A stretch of 64,000 nt of DNA from Acidobacteriaceae bacterium. GTDB lineage: Bacteria > Acidobacteriota > Terriglobia > Terriglobales > Acidobacteriaceae. The position numbers were made by a program, and so were the translations under genes. Positions 59,910 through 64,000 of the stretch are shown here, in pieces (position 1 is the first letter of the stretch; every line of letters begins with the position of its first letter). The notes beneath the pieces were generated by a model. It searched no databases. It saw only the letters and a program-made list of their open reading frames with translations, and had not been told where the DNA came from. The DNA is taken from positions 13,186 to 77,185 of the forward strand of contig JBAVOQ010000015.1 of NCBI GenBank assembly GCA_049692235.1, in the 5' to 3' direction.

Positions 59910-61823
59910 TCAACGTGACGACGATTGCAGCGTTCCGGCGACAACCATAGCCTGCACTTCCACGTGGCCGCGAAATTCGTGGCGGCTCAATCGATAGGCA
60001 ATTTGAATCGTATCGCCCACCACGGGCGGTCGATCCAGCGCAGTGTCAATTGAAAACCAAATTGCCTCCAGCGTCAGGTTGTCGCGTTCCAAACGCAGGC
60101 GTCCGTGACGGCCTTGCGTCAGCGCGCGATACGCAGCCACGCGAAAACTTCCGGAGTACAGCGGCGCTTCGAAACCGCGGCCAAACGGCCCCATCGCCTC
60201 CAGGACCTGAATGCTTTTCAGATCATGCGCACTGGCCTCCAATTCGCCATCTGTCCAGAGAATCGGCCCCGTCGCCACTGTTCCTCCAGTTTGTTCTGCA
60301 ACTGCGAACGTGAAAGCCTGCCGAAACCGTTCCATATTCACCACGCGGATGGTTGCGCCCGCCGCTGCCTGGTGCCCCCCGAAGGCCACCAACAAATCCG
60401 GGTAGGAGCTCGCGATTTCTTTCAGCGCGCGTTGCACATCGATCCCCGGCACCGAACGAAACGATCCGCTGGCAAGTCCCGTTCCATTCCTGGAGTCCGT
60501 TTCCGTTGCCAACGCCGGTGCAGTCGTCCGCGCGCCTTGCCCCTGCGGAGCGAAAATGGCGCAAGGTTTTCCGAATGCTTCCACAACGCGGCTGGCCGTA
60601 ATCCCGTGGACGCCGGAGTGGCCGTCTTCCAAAAATAGAACGATCGCCGGTCCGGAAACCCGAGCCGCTTGCGGAAACGCTTGCGCCCGCAATCTGCGCT
60701 CAATCGACTGACGTTCAGAATTCTCGCGTTTCAGCTGGCTCCAGCAGGCCGAGGCATCCGCGTCCGTCTTTGCGATCAGAAAGCGAAAGCCCACCTCTGC
60801 CCAGTCCAGCCGCCCAGAGGCTGCAATGGCGGGCACCAGTCGAAACGCAATCGTCTCGGCATCGATTTCGCCATCCACCTCTGCGGCAAAAACCTTCCAG
60901 CACGGCCGGCATCCCAAACGAACCCTTTGCATGCCATGACGCAGAAATGCGCGATTGATCAGGCTCGCGCCAGGAGATAAAGAGACGCAGTCCGCAATGG
61001 TCGCGACGGCAACAAAGTCCAGCAGGCTGGCGAGTGACGGCAAATCCGCAAACGCACCCTGCTCCAGCAACGCACTTCGAACCTTCGCCATCACCAGGAA
61101 CGCAACCCCCGCGCCGCACACATGCTTGTCATATTCGGAGTCCAGCCGAGACGGATTCACCACCGCATACGCGGACCGCGGCGGCCCTTCCGGCGGAATG
61201 ACGTGATGATCGGTGACCACGACATCAATCCCAGCGGCGGCCAGCGTGGCAATTCGCGGCTCGTCGCTGCTGCCTTTATCGGCGGAGATGACCAGTTGTG
61301 CACCGAAGGCTTGGATCCGCGAGACCACTCCTTCGCCAATCCCGTAGCCTTCCGTCAGCCGATGGCTGGTCACCACGCAGATGCGTTCGGGTGCAACTCC
61401 AAAGGCATCGACCATGGCCGTCCAGAGCACCGCCGCGGATGCAGTGCCGTCCATGTCGTGATCGCAAGCCAGCGCAATGCGCTCCCCTTGCACAATGGCG
61501 CGCACGATGCGTTCCACGGCTCCATCCATGGAAGGAATAGCACCCGGGTCGACAATGTCCGCAAGCTTCGCGGCGGTCAGCGATTCCCACTCGATGAACC
61601 GGTCCAGACGCCGTCCCAGAAAATTCGCGATGGCTGGAGCGATGCCGGCACGCAAATAGGCATTGCGAACCTCCGCGTTGCACGGTCGCTCAATCAGGGA
61701 TTTGGGGGGTAATTTCCATGGCGCGGATTCTTCCTCCGCCGGGACAAGCTCAACAGGCGGCTCGTCGCAGCCAGCCTCCGGAATGAAAGCTTCGACGGCC
61801 ACGGCTGCGGGGTCCTCGTTCAC
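59910..61823 (-). CDS. recJ: Single-stranded-DNA-specific exonuclease RecJ
   Basis: DHH motifs: ALACDHDMDGTASAAVL, SADKGSS and VVVTDHHV. DHHA1 motif FGGHQAAAG. The annotated GTG start overlaps the upstream stop (GTGA); the true start could be further downstream. Confidence 0.85.
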   Translation of the reverse strand: MNEDPAAVAVEAFIPEAGCDEPPVELVPAEEESAPWKLPPKSLIERPCNAEVRNAYLRAGIAPAIANFLGRRLDRFIEWESLTAAKLADIVDPGAIPSMDGAVERIVRAIVQGERIALACDHDMDGTASAAVLWTAMVDAFGVAPERICVVTSHRLTEGYGIGEGVVSRIQAFGAQLVISADKGSSDEPRIATLAAAGIDVVVTDHHVIPPEGPPRSAYAVVNPSRLDSEYDKHVCGAGVAFLVMAKVRSALLEQGAFADLPSLASLLDFVAVATIADCVSLSPGASLINRAFLRHGMQRVRLGCRPCWKVFAAEVDGEIDAETIAFRLVPAIAASGRLDWAEVGFRFLIAKTDADASACWSQLKRENSERQSIERRLRAQAFPQAARVSGPAIVLFLEDGHSGVHGITASRVVEAFGKPCAIFAPQGQGARTTAPALATETDSRNGTGLASGSFRSVPGIDVQRALKEIASSYPDLLVAFGGHQAAAGATIRVVNMERFRQAFTFAVAEQTGGTVATGPILWTDGELEASAHDLKSIQVLEAMGPFGRGFEAPLYSGSFRVAAYRALTQGRHGRLRLERDNLTLEAIWFSIDTALDRPPVVGDTIQIAYRLSRHEFRGHVEVQAMVVAGTLQSSSR

Positions 61824-62332
61824 TCGTCGTCCTCATCTTCTTCTTCGAGTGCATTTTCAATCAGCTCCTGCAGGCTATCGACCGTGTTCACCATGGCCCG
61901 ATACTCCCGGTACCACTCCGTCTGCGTCTCATGCACAAACAGAATTCCCTGGTGCGCGAACGCCAGCTCAATATGCCCAACCTTGCCAATTTCAAGGAAC
62001 AGCCGATTCAGTTTGTCCATCTCCGGTCCGGACGCTTCCGTGCTCGAAATGTCCTGCAGTTCGCTCGCCAGCAGCTCCAGCGTTGTCCGGTCGACGGAGT
62101 CTTCGCCAATGCATACCAGCGGCGCGCCCGCGGTCTTCGCCATTTCGACGAAGTCTTTCCAGCTCTCCTTGGCGCCGTGGGTGCCGTCATCCGCCGTTTC
62201 CGGATCGCTCCACCATACACGCGGAGTGTCCTCCGGAATCAATGCGGGAAAATGTCGCATGCCATGACCTTCAATAAACGCGATCATGTCATCTTTCAGC
62301 GAAGTCAGGTTGTTGGAATCCATCCTTTCCAT
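61820..62332 (-). CDS. Hypothetical strongly acidic protein, function unknown
   Basis: 170 aa with no recognisable motif. The C-terminal tail is EEEDEDDE. Its stop overlaps the recJ start. Confidence 0.5.
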   Translation of the reverse strand: MERMDSNNLTSLKDDMIAFIEGHGMRHFPALIPEDTPRVWWSDPETADDGTHGAKESWKDFVEMAKTAGAPLVCIGEDSVDRTTLELLASELQDISSTEASGPEMDKLNRLFLEIGKVGHIELAFAHQGILFVHETQTEWYREYRAMVNTVDSLQELIENALEEEDEDDE

Positions 62333-62338
62333 CGTAGA

Positions 62339-62449
62339 CCAGTTTTCCGGCGGCTATAGACTGCCGTCAACCATAATGTGTACCCGGTCGCTGCGGCGAC
62401 TGGATGCGTGAGTTGTCGTTCCGTCGGTCTACATCTATAGGAAAACTGG
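62339..62449. repeat. Interrupted 17-bp inverted repeat flanking a 73-nt spacer in a divergent promoter region
   Basis: CCAGTTTTCC (62339..62348) pairs with GGAAAACTGG (62440..62449). CTATAGA (62354..62360) pairs with TCTATAG (62434..62440), nested inside the first pair. GTAGACC (62334..62340) also pairs with GGTCTAC (62426..62432) as a mutually exclusive alternative. Confidence 0.5.
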
Positions 62450-62485
62450 CTAGGCGCCGCTAACCCTTTATGATGAAAGTAACGA

Positions 62486-62872
62486 ATGGAGTTTTTTCGG
62501 GAGCAGGACTTCTTGGCAAAGTATCAGCGGCACGTATTTGTCTGCACCAACCAGCGCGAACCCGGCAGCGCCCGTCCCAGCTGCAATGCCGATGGCAAAT
62601 CGCAATTGCAGACGCGCTTCAAGCAGGCCGTGGATGCAGCCCGTCTCAAGGGAACTGTCCGCGTCAACAAGGCCGGCTGCCTGGACCAGTGCGAACATGG
62701 GCCAACCGTCGTCGTCTACCCGGAAGCCGTCTGGTATGGGCATGTCTCTGAAGCCGATGTGGATGAAATTGTTGCCTCGCATCTGGTGGCTGGGCGCCCT
62801 GTCAAGAGACTGCTGCTGGCCGAGGGCTGCGTCAACACTGGAGCCTGCGAGCATCGGCTGCCGAAGACCTGA
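62486..62872 (+). CDS. Thioredoxin-like [2Fe-2S] ferredoxin
   Basis: HVFVCTNQR....SC....G, then AGCLDQCEHGPTVVVYPEAVWYG..SEADVDEIV, the pattern of thioredoxin-like 2Fe-2S ferredoxins. Confidence 0.75.
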   Translation: MEFFREQDFLAKYQRHVFVCTNQREPGSARPSCNADGKSQLQTRFKQAVDAARLKGTVRVNKAGCLDQCEHGPTVVVYPEAVWYGHVSEADVDEIVASHLVAGRPVKRLLLAEGCVNTGACEHRLPKT

Positions 62873-62929
62873 AAAACTGTTGCGGGTGGGATCTCGAGCT
62901 GCTCGCTGTGCTATATTCCGAGGGGAACA

Positions 62930-63208
62930 ATGAATTTCTCAAGAGATTATGTTGGATATTTAGGCCGGCGCACCATCAAGCACCTGATCGATGTCAAGAT
63001 GATCCAGACCGACAAAGTTGAGGTCTTGAACGCTCGCGTACAGGCTGCTCTGATTGATGAATTGATGCTGGAGGATCGCATCAACGACGAGGTTCGTCTG
63101 ATCCTTGAGGCCTATCAGGAAGAGATGCGCCGCACCGGGGCCAGCTACCAGGAAATGTTCAAGAAAATCAAGCAGGAACTCGCCCGCAAATACAAGGCGG
63201 TGCTATGA
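62930..63208 (+). CDS. DUF507-family small protein
   Basis: A 92-aa helical protein. The pattern LIDELMLEDRINDEVRLILEAY resembles DUF507. Confidence 0.5.
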   Translation: MNFSRDYVGYLGRRTIKHLIDVKMIQTDKVEVLNARVQAALIDELMLEDRINDEVRLILEAYQEEMRRTGASYQEMFKKIKQELARKYKAVL

Positions 63209-63480
63209 GGATTTCCGACGACAAGTTGAACAAACTGGCGCACGTGATTGCCGACACTTTGGCGGAGACCGATGAGTGCGAATTCCACGAAGACCGCAAC
63301 ACCATCCGTCAGGAATCACGCAAAATGCTGGCAAAATTGCTTGCCGACGAGATGAAGATCGACCAGGCCGCGCGCCTCAAGGTTTCCTCCCATAAGAAAA
63401 ATATTCCTGAAGGCAGCCAGGAGTGGGAAATTCTGTATCGCAAATACTACCAGGAAGAAGTGAAGAAGCTCGGGCTGTAG
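63205..63480 (+). CDS. DUF507-family small protein (paralogue, translationally coupled)
   Basis: ATGA overlap at 63205..63208. Similar size and helical pattern (IADTLAE....EDRNTIRQESRKML). Confidence 0.5.
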   Translation: MRISDDKLNKLAHVIADTLAETDECEFHEDRNTIRQESRKMLAKLLADEMKIDQAARLKVSSHKKNIPEGSQEWEILYRKYYQEEVKKLGL

Positions 63481-63561
63481 TTCGTTTACCCGCCTGCCAA
63501 CGCTTCGCCTTTCACTCCCGCGTCACGCGAATCGGATAAAATTTTCTTCCGGAGGTCTCCC

Positions 63562-63954
63562 ATGGCCGATCAAGTGGAAGACATCGTCAACCTGCCAGCC
63601 CATTCTTCAGTGGATGAAACTGTCGCTCGTTTGCAAGCGATGCTGCAGGAGAAGAGTGTCCAGATCTTCGCGCTGATTGATCACAGCGGGGAAGCCAAAC
63701 GCGCTGGCTTCGAGATGCGCCCTACCAAGCTTCTGATTTTCGGCAACCCCAAGGCCGGCACGCCGTTGATGCTGGCATCGCCAACCATCGCCATCGACCT
63801 CCCGCTGAAATTGCTGGTGTGGGAGGATGCCAGCGGGCAAGTGTGGATCTCCTACAACATGCCGGAGTATCTGCAGAAGCGGCATGCCCTACCGCAGAAC
63901 TTAGCCGCCGCGCTCGATGCTGTAGAAGCGCTTGCGAAGAACGCCGCGAAATAA
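63562..63954 (+). CDS. DUF302-domain protein
   Basis: IDHSGEAKRAGFEMRPTKLLIFGNPKAGTPLM...IDLPLKLLVWED..GQVWISYN is the typical DUF302 pattern. Confidence 0.7.
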   Translation: MADQVEDIVNLPAHSSVDETVARLQAMLQEKSVQIFALIDHSGEAKRAGFEMRPTKLLIFGNPKAGTPLMLASPTIAIDLPLKLLVWEDASGQVWISYNMPEYLQKRHALPQNLAAALDAVEALAKNAAK

Positions 63955-64000
63955 TTCCAGCCCACCATCTGTGGTGGAAAGCGGGCCAGTCACGCCGCAA

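Overview
GC-rich bacterial chromosomal segment. The gene content (a CarboxypepD_reg-type TonB receptor, dense secreted CAZymes, phosphoketolase, a GH57 branching enzyme) suggests an Acidobacteriota-like soil organism; that is inference only. I call about 55 protein genes, one tRNA-Cys and no rRNA or CRISPR. All calls come from reading the supplied translations and the DNA by eye, with no database search, so family names are motif-level recognitions and start codons are approximate.

Layout:
- 2-5388: Lhr helicase 3' end, a TonB-dependent receptor and an Ntn/C45-like hydrolase.
- 5469-20328: a ~14.8 kb block of six plant-cell-wall hydrolase/esterase genes (GH3, GH31, GH51, CE1-like esterase, tannase/feruloyl esterase, GH9). 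It is bounded by an intact tRNA-Cys with a decayed integrase on one side and a 45-nt copy of the tRNA 3' half on the other. I read this as an immobilised tRNA-integrated island.
- 20639-27244: def plus a Cys/Met cluster (two transsulfuration PLP enzymes, RidA, a 2OG oxygenase, cysK, cysE).
- 27273-35577: a NapH/CcoG-like polyferredoxin divergent from a Crp/Fnr regulator, followed by cydAB-xfp-ackA.
- 35590-64000: housekeeping and hypothetical genes (GH57, citrate synthase, PolX, cspA, Sua5, an Hfq-like protein, tmk-P450-holB, ParE/RHH, an M61 peptidase, GH2, a Met-rich lipoprotein, TauE, recJ, ferredoxin, a DUF507 pair, DUF302).

Most interesting observation: an identical 14-nt inverted repeat, GTGACGTAGGTCAC, sits in the polyferredoxin/crp-fnr divergent promoter and again 29 kb away upstream of a very methionine-rich lipoprotein. 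A degenerate copy lies upstream of cydA. This suggests one regulon linking a Cys-rich CRP-like regulator, a CcoG/NapH-type polyferredoxin, the copper-free bd oxidase and a putative Cu(I)-binding surface protein.

I found no clear multi-gene system of wholly unknown type, such as a defence island.
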